NCBI RefSeq assembly: GCF_044324875.1 | Contig: NZ_CP172185.1 | DNA: 64,000 bases | Source: Escherichia coli | GTDB lineage: Bacteria; Pseudomonadota; Gammaproteobacteria; Enterobacterales; Enterobacteriaceae | Direction: 5' to 3' (one strand) | Shown here: piece by piece, positions 1 to 11,243 of the stretch | Numbering within the stretch: the first letter of the stretch is position 1 | Layout of the letters: every line of letters starts with the position of its first letter | Program-made: the position numbers and the translations under genes | Notes under the pieces: model-generated | The model's database searches: none | Seen by the model: the letters and a program-made list of their open reading frames with translations, nothing else | What the model was told of the DNA's origin: nothing

Positions 1-1317
1 CGCCCGCTCCCGCAAGGTGAGTGGCAACAATTTCTCCTTTCTGATTGATGATGGAGGCATCGGTAGAGCCTGCACCTAAGTCCAGAATTGCCAGTGGACG
101 TGTGGTTCCAGGGGTAGTCAAGGCCCCCTGAATGGCGGCTTCTGCTTCTGCGCCTCCGACCTGAACATCAACATGCAGTTTTTGCTTAATTTCACTGGCG
201 ATCATTGCCATTTGCAGACGGTCGGATTTCACCATAGAGGCAATACCCACAGCCTGTTCCAGTGAAAATTCACCTGCCAGGCCGCCGGTTACGCTGACGG
301 GGACAGAGGTATCTATCGCCAGCAAATCCTGAATAAAAATTTCGTTGCTGGGTTTGTTGGTCAGTTCCGCCATGGTCTGGCGAACATGTTCCAGCATTCC
401 GCCGATGTTGGTGCCTGGTTCTCCCGTCACGTTTTCCAGTTTTGGGCACTCACCGACCGCTTTCATAATGGCATCGGCACCAGCAGCTACATCAACGCGC
501 GTTGTGCGCCCGGCAGAAAGCAGTTCGATATTTCCGGCGGGTATCGAACGGGCTTTAACGTCGCCAGAAGGCGTTTTCACTACCACTGCTGAACGGTTGC
601 CGATTAGCGCCCGCGCGACAGGAACAATATTTTTAGTCTCTTCAGCATTGAGGGCGAAAACGGTGGCAATCCCATACGGGTTAGACAGGGTTTCGATAAC
701 TTTCCCGGGAACGGCAACTTCAATTGCAGCCAGCATGCCGAGCGGAATACGATCGATGTAGAGGACTTCATCAACAATAGGTACAGCAATTTCCAGGCGG
801 TTACTGACCAGCACGCCATCGTCGCGTTGCAGAATAACGCCAGTCAGCTGATATCCGGCACGTACGGAGGCGTTTATCATCGTCGCGATATCGGCAAAAT
901 CAAATGCCGATGACACCACCAGGATGTAAGGTGTGTCCGCCGGGCGTGTTAATAACTCTTGCGGAGTGATGGTGAGCCCTACGCCCAGCCCCACTCCGCC
1001 CGGAGTTTTCGGGTTGTGACCGATCATGGTTGATTCGGTGATGATGGTTTCAGTGATGGTTTCCATCGCCACATCACCAATGACCGGAGTTGCTTCGTTG
1101 ATACGAATAAGCGAAATATCGCTAACATTGATGCCGACTTTTTTCGTTGCCTGTGCGAGCGCCTCCTGAATACCATGGACGTTACGCAACGTACCTTTAA
1201 TTCCGGTGGTTTCCGCCAGGGCGCTACTCACGAACGACAACTCTCCAGTTGCACTGAGCGTTGCCAGCGCAATCTCTGTTGATGAGTTGCCGATATCAAT
1301 GCCTGCTATATATCGCA
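1..1317 (-). CDS. pduG: Diol dehydratase reactivase large subunit, partial (C-terminus beyond window start)
   Basis: Reverse complement at 1317 reads MRYIAGIDIGNSSTE..., and the minus frame stays open to the window edge; sits directly downstream of pduCDE as in the Salmonella pdu operon. Confidence 0.75.
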
Positions 1318-1327
1318 TAGTTCGTCC

Positions 1328-1846
1328 TTAATCGTCGCCTTTCAGTTTTTTGCGCTCGACATAAAGCTCCGCAGCTTCACGGACAAATGCAGCACAAATT
1401 TTGGCCTGATAACGCCGTTCAAGATCGTCAGCAATGGCAATAAGTTCTTGCTTAGTCGAACGATAAGGGCGTAACGCATTGTAGATTTCGAGGATGCGAT
1501 CATCCGGTACTGAGGTAAGCTCAGCGGCGCGTTCAAAATTCATCGCCAGGCGATCGCGACCAGCATCTCTGGCAATCGCGGCCTGAATACGCAATGTTTC
1601 AGGGGTTATACGCATATCCTGGGCGGTGACGTTATCGCTGAGTACATTTTCCAGAGTGAAATCGTCGAGCGTTTTATTGGTCGCCGTTTTAACCCATTCC
1701 GGATGTTTATTTGCCAGCGGATAATCCGTCACTTTGGCGCTCTGTATTGATGCGTTGGGGACCGCAGAAACAGAAGCTGCATCCTGTAAACTGTTCATGC
1801 GGTTCAACACGTCCCTGACCATCGACTCAATTGCATCGGTATTCAT
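1328..1846 (-). CDS. pduE: Propanediol dehydratase small subunit
   Basis: 172 aa ORF starting MNTDAIESMVRDVL..., which I recognise as PduE; operon position after pduD. Confidence 0.85.
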   Translation of the reverse strand: MNTDAIESMVRDVLNRMNSLQDAASVSAVPNASIQSAKVTDYPLANKHPEWVKTATNKTLDDFTLENVLSDNVTAQDMRITPETLRIQAAIARDAGRDRLAMNFERAAELTSVPDDRILEIYNALRPYRSTKQELIAIADDLERRYQAKICAAFVREAAELYVERKKLKGDD

Positions 1847-1860
1847 GAAGATTTCCTTTG

Positions 1861-2529
1861 TTAAAACGTCACGCGCAGTTCTTGCGGTTTTTTGCCAGTG
1901 ACCACGTACTTCGTCTCTTTGATATGCAAAATGGCAGATTTAGCCTGGTATTTCGGCCGCGCCATTTGATCGTTGAGGGTCGGCACCGGTTGTGGAGACT
2001 CACGCTTTGCATAACGCGCGGCGTTTTTGCCAATCTGACGATAAGTTTCCAGCGTCAACAAAGGCGCTTGAGGGAATAGTTCCAGGTTAGACAAGGGAGG
2101 AAGACCCTGCTGGTGGATAACCGTTGTGCCTTTCGACTGAATACCGATAGCAATACCTGAACCACTAAGACGATCGCCTTCGACTGCTACGAATGCGACA
2201 TCGGACGATTTAAAGCAGCGAATCACACGGGCTTTAATGCCTTCTTCTTCGATACCAGCAATCACTTCGCGCAAGATGTTTTTATGCGGAATACCGATGA
2301 TATTGACGGTTTGCGCCAGGCCGAACGCCGGGCCTACAGCAATAATGACTTCATCTTGCTGAGTGCCTTGTTGGGCTTCGCCAATTTCGGTCAGAAAAGT
2401 TCCGGTATCTGGCGCGGAAGAGACAGTTGCACAGGCAGGTGCGCGAAATGAAACGGGCTTGTCGCTGGTTTGCATTTCTGCCAGCACGTCTTCGATAATC
2501 TGACGCAGTAATTTTTCGTTAATTTCCAT
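1861..2529 (-). CDS. pduD: Propanediol dehydratase medium subunit
   Basis: 222 aa ORF starting [16 protein letters not shown]..., PduD-like; between pduC and pduE. Confidence 0.85.
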   Translation of the reverse strand: MEINEKLLRQIIEDVLAEMQTSDKPVSFRAPACATVSSAPDTGTFLTEIGEAQQGTQQDEVIIAVGPAFGLAQTVNIIGIPHKNILREVIAGIEEEGIKARVIRCFKSSDVAFVAVEGDRLSGSGIAIGIQSKGTTVIHQQGLPPLSNLELFPQAPLLTLETYRQIGKNAARYAKRESPQPVPTLNDQMARPKYQAKSAILHIKETKYVVTGKKPQELRVTF

Positions 2530-2538
2530 TTCTCACCC

Positions 2539-4203
2539 TTAGTCAATTTCGTTGGGATCAAGTGCACCGGGAATATTTTTGATCTCTTCCCAGCGTTCCC
2601 CTTGCAGGCGGTAACCTGTAGCCGGTCCGGCGTAATCATTGATGTCATTGACCGCTGAGAGCACTTGTCCGTCATCGACGATGATGGCTGAGGTATGGAG
2701 ATAATCGCCGGTCAGTTTTGCTTTTTGCATGTTGAGCATGTCCTGGGCGACATCGGTAAAACCGCCTTGCGCCAGGGCTTTCACCACTTCCAGGCTGTTA
2801 CGGTTTTTATTGATAATCTCCTGGGCGAACTTGATGTCTTCCACAATATTGCGCTCAGGCATATCTTTCGAACCGTGGGCATAGGTTGCCGCTTCGACTT
2901 CTTCATCGGTAATAGGCGGTAGTCCCATACCGGCAAAGACAGCCTGTAAAGCGCGAGCGGCTTTATTGCGGATAGCGATAACATCTTCTTCGCGTACTGG
3001 TCGCAGCCCGCCATCAACCTTCAGGTCACGCTGAATGACGTTGTAATCATCGAAGTCTTCAGCATCTTCGTTTGAACCAGCAAACATGTTGTCGTAGTTC
3101 GGCACAGCGGAAAAACCGGAAGAGATAAAGTCGGTACCTGGCAGAAACTGCATCAGGAAACGTGCGGTACGGCGCATATCCGAGTGGGTAAAGGTCTGGT
3201 CATTACTGGAAGCGCATTCCAGATCCAGCGATGAGCAAATTAAGTTTTCCGCTAATACTGCGCGGATGCCTGATGGCACAGCCGATGGGACACCGATGCA
3301 GCTTACCGAACCATTCTGCAGACCCTGAACGCCTGCGGCTTTAGTGATGTAAATGCAACGAGCCTCGAGATAAAGCATTGATTTGCCTTCCGCGTAACCC
3401 ATCTGTACTTCTGAGCCGGAGCCGGAAGTAAAGCGCATTTTTAAGCCGCGAGAAGCATAAGATGACGCGAGAAACCCTTTTGACCACGGGGTATCATCGC
3501 CATCGGTGAAAACAGGTTCTGTACCATAGACAGAAATTGTTTCGGCGTAACAGGTGTGGCCTAACATACCGAGTTTCAGTTCGGTGGCTTCTTCCAGTGA
3601 ACACTGGGTCAAGACGCCCGGACGTCCCACCTGTGAGCCGACCAGCAGGGCGATGGCGTTGAACGGTGCATAGCGAGCAACGGCAACGGTGGTTTCCTGT
3701 TCATCAAACCCGCGCCATGCGCCTTCAGCTGCGTCGGCGGCAATTTGTACCGGGTTATCTTTAACGTTGGTGACGTGAGCCTGTTGTGATGGTGTTCGAC
3801 GGGCGCGCATTTTCTGCATCGCCATCATCATCTCTACCACGTTCATCTGCGAAACCACTTCGACGATTTTTGCAGGCGTCATTGCTGTGGTAAGGGGAAC
3901 GATATCGCTACGTTTGACATTTGGATCGCACAACATATTGGCAAGTTTTACCGAATCCATCGCGATGACTTCTTCGGCGCGAGCGAGATTGATGCCGTAG
4001 CGGGCGATAAAGTGGTCGATCAGGTCAAACTGGCTGGCGGGTTTTCCATCCAGTTCGGTAACGACGCCGTTAACAATTTTGATTGACGGTTTAGGATCGT
4101 TCGGGCTTTCCATCGCAATGAAGCCTTCTTCAATCCACTCTTTAACGAAACCGTCCTGGTTGACCGGGCGTTTTGCCAGTGCTTCAAATCTTTTCGATCT
4201 CAT
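2539..4203 (-). CDS. pduC: B12-dependent propanediol/glycerol dehydratase large subunit
   Basis: 554 aa ORF, the size and sequence of a diol dehydratase large subunit. Confidence 0.9.
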   Translation of the reverse strand: MRSKRFEALAKRPVNQDGFVKEWIEEGFIAMESPNDPKPSIKIVNGVVTELDGKPASQFDLIDHFIARYGINLARAEEVIAMDSVKLANMLCDPNVKRSDIVPLTTAMTPAKIVEVVSQMNVVEMMMAMQKMRARRTPSQQAHVTNVKDNPVQIAADAAEGAWRGFDEQETTVAVARYAPFNAIALLVGSQVGRPGVLTQCSLEEATELKLGMLGHTCYAETISVYGTEPVFTDGDDTPWSKGFLASSYASRGLKMRFTSGSGSEVQMGYAEGKSMLYLEARCIYITKAAGVQGLQNGSVSCIGVPSAVPSGIRAVLAENLICSSLDLECASSNDQTFTHSDMRRTARFLMQFLPGTDFISSGFSAVPNYDNMFAGSNEDAEDFDDYNVIQRDLKVDGGLRPVREEDVIAIRNKAARALQAVFAGMGLPPITDEEVEAATYAHGSKDMPERNIVEDIKFAQEIINKNRNSLEVVKALAQGGFTDVAQDMLNMQKAKLTGDYLHTSAIIVDDGQVLSAVNDINDYAGPATGYRLQGERWEEIKNIPGALDPNEID

Positions 4204-4221
4204 AAATCTGCCTCAGAAAAT

Positions 4222-5034
4222 TCAGATGTAGGAAGGGCGATCGTTTTTCGGTGTATCGCCGAGAGTCGAAAGCACGGTTTTACCGATTTCGCGTGCGGAG
4301 ATGACCGCCTGGCGGACTGCGCCGGAGTCACCCGAGATAATCAGAATGACTTCATTGCTGTAGCTGGTGCCTTGCGCGGGGGAGCTGTATGCCACAACAT
4401 CCACATTGGCGGACTTCAGCGCGGTGTCTGCCATCAGAACACCCACCGCAGCCGGAGCGCCGACAATAACGCCGCAAGCCCGTCCCAGTGGAGCGCCAAA
4501 CGCTTTTTCCAGTGCATAGCTGGCGCGGGCGGTATATTGCAGTTCAAGATGTCCGGCTTCGTTGGCATAGACATCGCCAAAGGTTCGATCGAGTTCTTTC
4601 AGGGCAACTTCAATACCGCGTTTCACGTCGGAAACATCGTTGCCACCTAAGAGGATCAATGAGCCGTGTCCGGCACCGCCTTTAGTATCGCGAGGAAGTT
4701 CAATGCTAATAACTTCAGTATTGGTTGCTTTTACCGCTTCATCAGCGGCCATAATGTGTGGACCTGCGCCAATACGCGCACCCAGAATGCCAATGGAACG
4801 ATAGCGTTTTTCAAGTTTCATTGCGTCCAACAGGGCGCTATCAACGTTCGCAATGACCAGACCTACAGTGTCGCCAATAGCGGTGCCAACAAATTCTGTT
4901 AACGTGCAGCTTTTTTCTGCCATAGCCGTCTCTCGTATTTGATGAGTGGTTTTCGGGAGAACCTCATGCTCTGGCGTCGCTACGCGAGCGATGACCTGCG
5001 CCATGATCTGTTCGACCAGTTCATTGCTGCTCAT
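4222..5034 (-). CDS. pduB: Microcompartment shell protein PduB
   Basis: 270 aa ORF between pduA and pduC; tandem BMC-domain shell protein by sequence and position. Confidence 0.85.
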   Translation of the reverse strand: MSSNELVEQIMAQVIARVATPEHEVLPKTTHQIRETAMAEKSCTLTEFVGTAIGDTVGLVIANVDSALLDAMKLEKRYRSIGILGARIGAGPHIMAADEAVKATNTEVISIELPRDTKGGAGHGSLILLGGNDVSDVKRGIEVALKELDRTFGDVYANEAGHLELQYTARASYALEKAFGAPLGRACGVIVGAPAAVGVLMADTALKSANVDVVAYSSPAQGTSYSNEVILIISGDSGAVRQAVISAREIGKTVLSTLGDTPKNDRPSYI

Positions 5035-5315
5035 GGGTTAATTCCCTTTGGTAAGATTTTTTCGACATCGGTATGTGGGCGGGGAATAACGTGCACGGCT
5101 TTTACTTCGCCGACGTTACGCGCAGCTGCGGCACCTGCGTCTGTTGCCGCTTTTACCGCCCCGACATCACCACGAACGATGACGGTCACCAGCCCGGAAC
5201 CTATTTTTTCGTAGCCGACCAGCAAAACATTTGCCGACTTCACCATGGCGTCTGCGGCCTCTATGGCGGCAGTTAAGCCTTTGGTTTCTACCATTCCTAA
5301 CGCTTCTTGTTGCAT
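5031..5315 (-). CDS. pduA: Microcompartment shell protein PduA
   Basis: 94 aa [33 protein letters not shown]..., near-identical to the PduA I remember; first gene of the pdu operon. Confidence 0.9.
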   Translation of the reverse strand: MQQEALGMVETKGLTAAIEAADAMVKSANVLLVGYEKIGSGLVTVIVRGDVGAVKAATDAGAAAARNVGEVKAVHVIPRPHTDVEKILPKGINP

Positions 5316-5826
5316 AAAGACCTCGCCTGGATTTTTTTGACGATATGACTATAAAAAAAAGCGAGGAAAAAGAATGGCTGACTTAATCGGCTAATGAGAA
5401 AAATTAATAGAGAACAAATATTATAAAATTGCTTTTATGAACTATATGTTGTTAATTTATTAGTTGTTTTGTGGATATTTCAATGTGAATTAATTGCGTT
5501 GGCTAGTGAGTTTAATCGCGAGTAATATTTTGTGGGGGGGTGTTCGAGGAAGGAACTGTGATATTTGTTTCAATTTTATTATGTCATGATGGCAATTTTT
5601 TATTATAAAAGTTTGGCGGTAATTATTACTTTCAACACTGATTAACGCTGTGTTGCATGATTCGGTAATGACAATAATTTGTTATGTTAGCACGATTTTT
5701 ACACGAGTCTGTCATGCATGTTAGCAATATTTTCTGCAGAGCAATTTTTTATAGTTGCGCTCGATATATACAACAATCAGCGCATAGTTGGCTGATAAAG
5801 AAAAACTCCGTAAAGAAGGTGTCACT
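5316..5826. promoter_or_regulatory. AT-rich divergent control region between pduA and pduF
   Basis: About 500 bp AT-rich intergenic DNA between divergently oriented pduA and pduF; this is where the pdu and pduF-pocR promoters lie in Salmonella. No individual site was identified. Confidence 0.4.
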
Positions 5827-6636
5827 ATGAATGATTCACTCAAGGCGCAATGCGTTGCCGAGTTTTTGGGCACCGGACTGTTCCTCTTTTTTGGCATTGG
5901 TTGTTTGTGCGCCCTGAAACTTGCCGGGGCAAGTCTGGGACTGTGGGAAATTTGTATCATTTGGGGGTTAGGGATTTCGCTTGCTGTTTACCTTACGGCA
6001 GGTATTTCCGGCGCTCATCTCAACCCGGCAGTTACCATTGCTCTGTGGCTGTTTGCCTCTTTCCCAGCCCGTAAAGTGCTGCCATTTTGTGTGGTGCAAT
6101 TAGCGGGTGCCTTTGGTGGTGCGGTTCTGGCATATTTTCTCTACAGCAGTTTGTTTACCGATTTTGAATCTGCTCACAATATGGTGCGTGGTAGTGCAGA
6201 AAGTTTACAACTCGCCAGTATCTTCAGTACTTATCCGGCAGCGGCGATTAATGTATGGCAAGCTGCGTTGGTCGAAGTGGTCATAACGTCCATGTTAATG
6301 GGGTTGATTATGGCGTTGACCGATGACGGTAATGGCGTACCCAAAGGACCGCTTGCGCCTTTACTTATTGGTATTCTGGTTGCTGTTATTGGTGCTTCTA
6401 CCGGACCATTAACCGGTTTTGCCATGAATCCAGCGCGTGATTTTGGACCTAAAATTTTCACCTGGCTTGCGGGTTGGGGGGAAATTGCGATGACTGGTGG
6501 ACGCAATATTCCTTATTTCATTGTACCCATTATTGCACCGATCATTGGCGCATGTGTTGGTGCGGCGATTTATCGCTATCTCATTGCAAAGAATTTACCT
6601 GTCAATAGTGTTACACCTAAAGAAATCAGCGAATAA
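5827..6636 (+). CDS. pduF: Propanediol diffusion facilitator (MIP/aquaporin family)
   Basis: ORF track frame 5788..6636; likely start at internal MNDSLKAQC... preceded by an AAGGTG ribosome-binding site; multiple transmembrane segments and MIP-type NPA motifs (NPAVT, NPARD). Confidence 0.85.
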   Translation: MNDSLKAQCVAEFLGTGLFLFFGIGCLCALKLAGASLGLWEICIIWGLGISLAVYLTAGISGAHLNPAVTIALWLFASFPARKVLPFCVVQLAGAFGGAVLAYFLYSSLFTDFESAHNMVRGSAESLQLASIFSTYPAAAINVWQAALVEVVITSMLMGLIMALTDDGNGVPKGPLAPLLIGILVAVIGASTGPLTGFAMNPARDFGPKIFTWLAGWGEIAMTGGRNIPYFIVPIIAPIIGACVGAAIYRYLIAKNLPVNSVTPKEISE

Positions 6637-6838
6637 CGAAATAATCTGGCAGCTATAAACGTTTATTTTTTTACTGTTTGTGATCTGCTTTCCGAACTTA
6701 TTAAAAAGTCTCCCGCTTCACGGAGGCTTTTGTTATTGTCCTTTGTGCTTCTCGTCAGTAAATCATCAGGGATGATGTGAAGATTAAATGTAAAACAATT
6801 GTTTTGCTATAACAATAAATTAACTGGGAGGTTTTATC

Positions 6839-7753
6839 ATGATTTCTGCGGCGACACTTAATTCAGAACTCATTAATAAAATCGCGCAGGATTTTGCGCA
6901 GGCGACCAGCCTTGCGGTTGTCGTGGTCAATATTCACGGCGATGAAATTTCCGAGCTGTTTAACTTCACTCCATTTTGTCAGATGATGCGGCAACACTCT
7001 CAGCTTAGCACTCGATGTCGCATGAGCGATCGTTGTGGGGGCCTGGAAGCCTCTAAATCCGATCAGCCTTGTATTTATCGCTGTCATGCCGGATTAACCG
7101 ATTTCTCTATTCCACTGGTAATCGCCGGACATTTAGTTGGTTTTGTATTGTGCGGGCAAGTTCGTCTGCGTAATGATGATGTCGATTTGGTCGATATTCT
7201 GAATGTCGATGATTGCTGGCAGGCAGATCCCGAATTACTTAATGAATTTCGCAAAGTCCCTGAGATGGATTACTCAAGAGTTATGGCCTCTGCTGATTTG
7301 TTGAAGTTGATTGTGGAAAATTGCCTCAAAAAACAACTCAATTTTGTTGTTATTAAAGAGAACAAATTTCAGTCAGATTCGGTGCGCCAGACTCGTGCGC
7401 CTAATCCCCACGACAATAAAATGAAAAAAGCTTTACGCTATATTGATGCGCATTTATCAGACGATTTGCGTCTGGAAGATGTCGCCTCGCACGTTTATCT
7501 AAGCCCTTATTATTTCAGCAAGTTATTTAAGAAATACCATGGGATTGGGTTTAATGCGTGGGTAAACCAACAACGGATGGCCAGCGCTCGTGAGTTACTG
7601 TGCCATAGTGACTGGAGCATCGCCAGCATTGCGCGTAATTTAGGTTTTTCGCAAACCAGTTATTTTTGCAAAGTTTTCCGTCAGACTTATCAGGTTACGC
7701 CGCAGGTGTATCGGCAGCAAGTGAATGAAAATGCGGCGATGGAAACGGTATAG
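6839..7753 (+). CDS. pocR: AraC-family regulator of pdu/cob
   Basis: 304 aa ORF with a C-terminal AraC-type HTH domain (…YLSPYYFSKLFKKYHGIGFNAW…); position between pduF and the cob leader. Confidence 0.85.
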   Translation: MISAATLNSELINKIAQDFAQATSLAVVVVNIHGDEISELFNFTPFCQMMRQHSQLSTRCRMSDRCGGLEASKSDQPCIYRCHAGLTDFSIPLVIAGHLVGFVLCGQVRLRNDDVDLVDILNVDDCWQADPELLNEFRKVPEMDYSRVMASADLLKLIVENCLKKQLNFVVIKENKFQSDSVRQTRAPNPHDNKMKKALRYIDAHLSDDLRLEDVASHVYLSPYYFSKLFKKYHGIGFNAWVNQQRMASARELLCHSDWSIASIARNLGFSQTSYFCKVFRQTYQVTPQVYRQQVNENAAMETV

Positions 7754-7859
7754 AGTAAATGCCAAAAAAAAGGAAGGTTTAAATAAACGCTGGAATGAAT
7801 AATTAACGTTATTTACGTGTTATGGGAAAAGTGAAATCAGCTCATAACATACGCTGACA

Positions 7860-8060
7860 GGTGTGGCACATTTGTGCCAGGGAAGAGGGTGAAAATCCCT
7901 CGCAGCCCCCGCTGCTGTAATGCTGACAAACCCGAAAATGCCACTGATCGCGAGATTGGGAAGGTCGGGTGAGGATGACGCTAAGCCAGAAGACCAGTCT
8001 GTCAGTCAATACCAACAACTTCGGTGGGAAGTGGGTTGCCCGGAAGCGTCCGGTAGAGTA
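7860..8060 (+). ncRNA. Cobalamin (B12) riboswitch-like leader
   Basis: Contains GTGCCAGGGAAGAGGGTGAAAATCCC, GCAGCCCCCGCTGCTGTAA, GCCACTG and a B12-box-like AAGCCAGAAGACCAGTC, all resembling conserved cobalamin-riboswitch segments as in the btuB and cob leaders. Confidence 0.7.
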
Positions 8061-8235
8061 CTGGCGCGTCTTTATACCCCTACCACCCTGAAAGGATCAG
8101 GGTATGGCGGCATCATTTAGTTCTTTCATCGCAGTGCCAACAGGCACCAGAGCTGCACTTAAGGTGTGGCAATCTTGTTTCATGGCTCATCAACCAGACC
8201 GCCATTACAGGAAACTAAGTGGAGGGCGAGGGACA

Positions 8236-8672
8236 TGAAAACGATAAGACCCGAATCGATAGCTCTTTTTTGCCTCTTATCTGGAGATGCGGACCTGGCG
8301 AAACAATTGGCTGAAATATTGCCAATAACTTGTTTTGTTGGTGAGGACTGGCAGCAAGATTTCCAGCCTCTTGACGGTGGGCCTGTGCAATCGTTATCAG
8401 ATGTGTATGGCGATTATTCAGTGCTGCTATTGATAGCAGCTGAAAGCGAGATATCCGTACCAGAATGGCTCGCTCATTCTGAAGGAACGACGGTAATTGT
8501 GATTGCAGAACACAATGCCCGTTTGCTGACTGGTCCGGCTGGTGGGGCTGTAGCATTGATCCATTATCTGAATGAAATCTGTCATTCCAGAGAAACCGCT
8601 GTCAATGACGCATTTTGTCGTACGTTAACACGAGGAAGTCTGGCTATTCCGCAATGCCATCTTCTTTCGTAA
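8236..8672 (+). CDS. Hypothetical protein downstream of the B12 riboswitch (possible remnant of a deleted cbi region)
   Basis: ORF track frame 8166..8672; internal ATG (MKTIRPES...) preceded by GGAGGG; no family recognised. Confidence 0.3.
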
Positions 8673-8805
8673 TGGATTGAGAATGCTGGATTTTTAATTA
8701 TATTACGCGCAGTATTAATCGCGTAAATGTTTTGCGGTCAGCAACGGTGGGGGATCCATTGTTCTGTTCAATGAATACCATCATACAAATGAATCAGGAG
8801 TCGGT

Positions 8806-9351
8806 ATGATGATTTTGGTGACGGGGGGCGCACGGAGCGGGAAGAGTCGCCACGCAGAGGCGCTTATTGGGGACTCTTCACAGGTTCTGTATATCGCCAC
8901 CTCGCAAATCCTTGATGATGAGATGGCTGCACGGATAGAACATCATCGGCAAGGCCGCCCGGCGCACTGGCGCACGGTGGAGCGCTGGCAACATCTTGAT
9001 GAATTAATTCATGCAGACATTAACCCGCATGAAGCTGTGTTGCTGGAATGCGTTACCACAATGGTGACTAATCTGTTGTTTGATTATGGCGGCGATAAAG
9101 ACCCTGATGAATGGGATTATCAGGCGATGGAACAGGCAATTAATGCTGAGATTCAGTTGTTGATTGCTGCCTGCCAACGTTGCCCCGCGAAGATTGTATT
9201 AGTGACTAACGAAGTGGGAATGGGGATTGTGCCGGAGAGTCGTCTGGCACGACATTTTCGTGATATTGCCGGGCGGGTAAATCAGCAGCTGGCCGCTGCG
9301 GCAAATGAAGTGTGGCTGGTGGTTTCGGGTATTGGAGTAAAAATCAAATGA
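8806..9351 (+). CDS. cobU: Adenosylcobinamide kinase / adenosylcobinamide-phosphate guanylyltransferase
   Basis: 181 aa [25 protein letters not shown]... with P-loop; matches E. coli CobU. Confidence 0.95.
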   Translation: MMILVTGGARSGKSRHAEALIGDSSQVLYIATSQILDDEMAARIEHHRQGRPAHWRTVERWQHLDELIHADINPHEAVLLECVTTMVTNLLFDYGGDKDPDEWDYQAMEQAINAEIQLLIAACQRCPAKIVLVTNEVGMGIVPESRLARHFRDIAGRVNQQLAAAANEVWLVVSGIGVKIK

Positions 9352-10091
9352 GTAAATTATTTTGGGCGATGCTCTCTTTTATTACGCGTCTGCCTGTGCC
9401 GCGTCGCTGGTCCCAGGGACTGGATTTCGAGCATTATTCTCGCGGTATTATTACTTTTCCTTTAATTGGTTTATTGCTTGGCGCGATTAGCGGGCTGGTC
9501 TTCATGGCGTTGCAGGCATGGTTTGGCGTACCACTGGCGGCACTGTTTAGCGTACTTGTGCTGGCGCTTATGACCGGGGGATTCCACCTGGACGGCCTCG
9601 CCGATACTTGTGATGGCGTATTTTCTGCACGTAGCCGCGATCGCATGTTGGAAATCATGCGTGATAGCCGTTTAGGTACCCACGGCGGTCTGGCATTGAT
9701 TTTTGTTGTACTGGCAAAGATTTTGGTGTTAAGCGAGTTGGCTTTGCGTGGCGAACCGATCCTTGCATCGCTGGCGGCAGCATGCGCGGTCAGCCGCGGG
9801 ACTGCCGCATTATTGATGTATCGTCATCGTTATGCCCGGGAAGAAGGGCTTGGCAATGTGTTCATTGGCAAAATTGATGGGCGACAAACCTGCGTCACAC
9901 TCGGTTTAGCCGCTATTTTTGCTGCTGTATTATTGCCAGGTATGCATGGTGTGGCTGCTATGGTGGTGACGATGGTGGCGATTTTCATCCTCGGTCAGCT
10001 TCTCAAACGTACGCTGGGCGGGCAAACCGGCGATACGCTGGGAGCAGCCATAGAGCTTGGTGAACTGGTCTTCCTGCTGGCACTGCTATAA
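9348..10091 (+). CDS. cobS: Cobalamin synthase
   Basis: Start [17 protein letters not shown]... overlapping the cobU stop (ATGA); polytopic membrane protein matching CobS. Confidence 0.95.
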   Translation: MSKLFWAMLSFITRLPVPRRWSQGLDFEHYSRGIITFPLIGLLLGAISGLVFMALQAWFGVPLAALFSVLVLALMTGGFHLDGLADTCDGVFSARSRDRMLEIMRDSRLGTHGGLALIFVVLAKILVLSELALRGEPILASLAAACAVSRGTAALLMYRHRYAREEGLGNVFIGKIDGRQTCVTLGLAAIFAAVLLPGMHGVAAMVVTMVAIFILGQLLKRTLGGQTGDTLGAAIELGELVFLLALL

Positions 10092-10102
10092 AGAGACGTG
10101 AC

Positions 10103-11182
10103 ATGCAAACACTTGCCAATTTACTGAATACGATCCCTGCCATCGATCCTGCCGCTATGTCGCGTGCACAACGGCATATTGACGGGTTACTCAAACCTGT
10201 TGGTAGCCTGGGAAGGCTGGAGGCGCTTGGCGTACAACTGGCGGGAATGCCGGGGTTGAATGGCATACCGCATGTGGGCAAAAAAGCGGTACTGGTTATG
10301 TGTGCCGATCACGGCGTCTGGGAGGAAGGGGTCGCTATTTCCCCAAAAGAAGTCACAGCCATTCAGGCTGAAAATATGACCCGCGGAACAACCGGCGTGT
10401 GTGTGCTGGCAGCACAAGCGGGCGCTAACGTCCACGTAATTGATGTTGGTATTGATACTGCTGAGCCTATCCCCGGGCTTATCAACATGCGTGTCGCACG
10501 AGGTAGCGGCAATATTGCTTCAGCTCCGGCAATGAGTCGCCGTCAGGCTGAAACGTTGCTTTTGGACGTCATATGTTATACGCGGGATCTGGCAAAAAAC
10601 GGTGTCACGCTGTTTGGTGTAGGTGAATTGGGGATGGCAAACACGACACCGGCAGCGGCGATAGTGAGCACAATCACTGGCCGGGCTCCTGAAGAAGTGG
10701 TTGGGATTGGCGCAAACCTGCCGACAGATAAACTGGCTAATAAAATTGATGTTGTGCGACGGGCGATTACGTTGAATCAACCAAATCCGCAGGATGGCGT
10801 TGATGTCCTGGCAAAAGTGGGTGGATTTGATTTGGTCGGAATGGCTGCCGTGATGTTAGGCGCTGCGTCCTGCGGTTTACCGGTGTTGCTGGATGGATTT
10901 CTTTCTTATGCTGCTGCGCTCGCAGCCTGCCAGATGTCTCCTGCAATCAAACCGTATCTCATTCCTTCTCACCTGTCGGCAGAAAAAGGGGCGCGTATAG
11001 CGCTGTCACATTTGGGGCTGGAGCCTTATCTCAATATGGAGATGCGTTTAGGTGAGGGGAGTGGCGCAGCTCTGGCGATGCCCATCATCGAAGCTGCTTG
11101 TTCGATATACAACAACATGGGCGAACTTGCTGCCAGTAATATTGTTCTACCGGGGAATACGACTTCTGATTTGAACAGTTAA
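10103..11182 (+). CDS. cobT: Nicotinate-nucleotide--dimethylbenzimidazole phosphoribosyltransferase
   Basis: 359 aa [35 protein letters not shown]..., matching CobT. Confidence 0.95.
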   Translation: MQTLANLLNTIPAIDPAAMSRAQRHIDGLLKPVGSLGRLEALGVQLAGMPGLNGIPHVGKKAVLVMCADHGVWEEGVAISPKEVTAIQAENMTRGTTGVCVLAAQAGANVHVIDVGIDTAEPIPGLINMRVARGSGNIASAPAMSRRQAETLLLDVICYTRDLAKNGVTLFGVGELGMANTTPAAAIVSTITGRAPEEVVGIGANLPTDKLANKIDVVRRAITLNQPNPQDGVDVLAKVGGFDLVGMAAVMLGAASCGLPVLLDGFLSYAAALAACQMSPAIKPYLIPSHLSAEKGARIALSHLGLEPYLNMEMRLGEGSGAALAMPIIEAACSIYNNMGELAASNIVLPGNTTSDLNS

Positions 11183-11243
11183 AAACGAAAAGTCTGATAA
11201 AAGCTATACTTAACCGATAGCTTTCGCGACTTAGGAAAGGGAC

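Noticed and set aside
345-5276. Short ORFs overlapping pdu genes on either strand (e.g. 345..761, 2695..2922, 4372..4650, 5073..5276)
   Set aside because: Fully contained within well-supported pdu coding sequences; typical shadow ORFs.
8215-8556. 113-aa minus-strand ORF overlapping the 8236..8672 ORF
   Set aside because: Antisense to an ORF with a ribosome-binding site, with no independent support; both remain low confidence.
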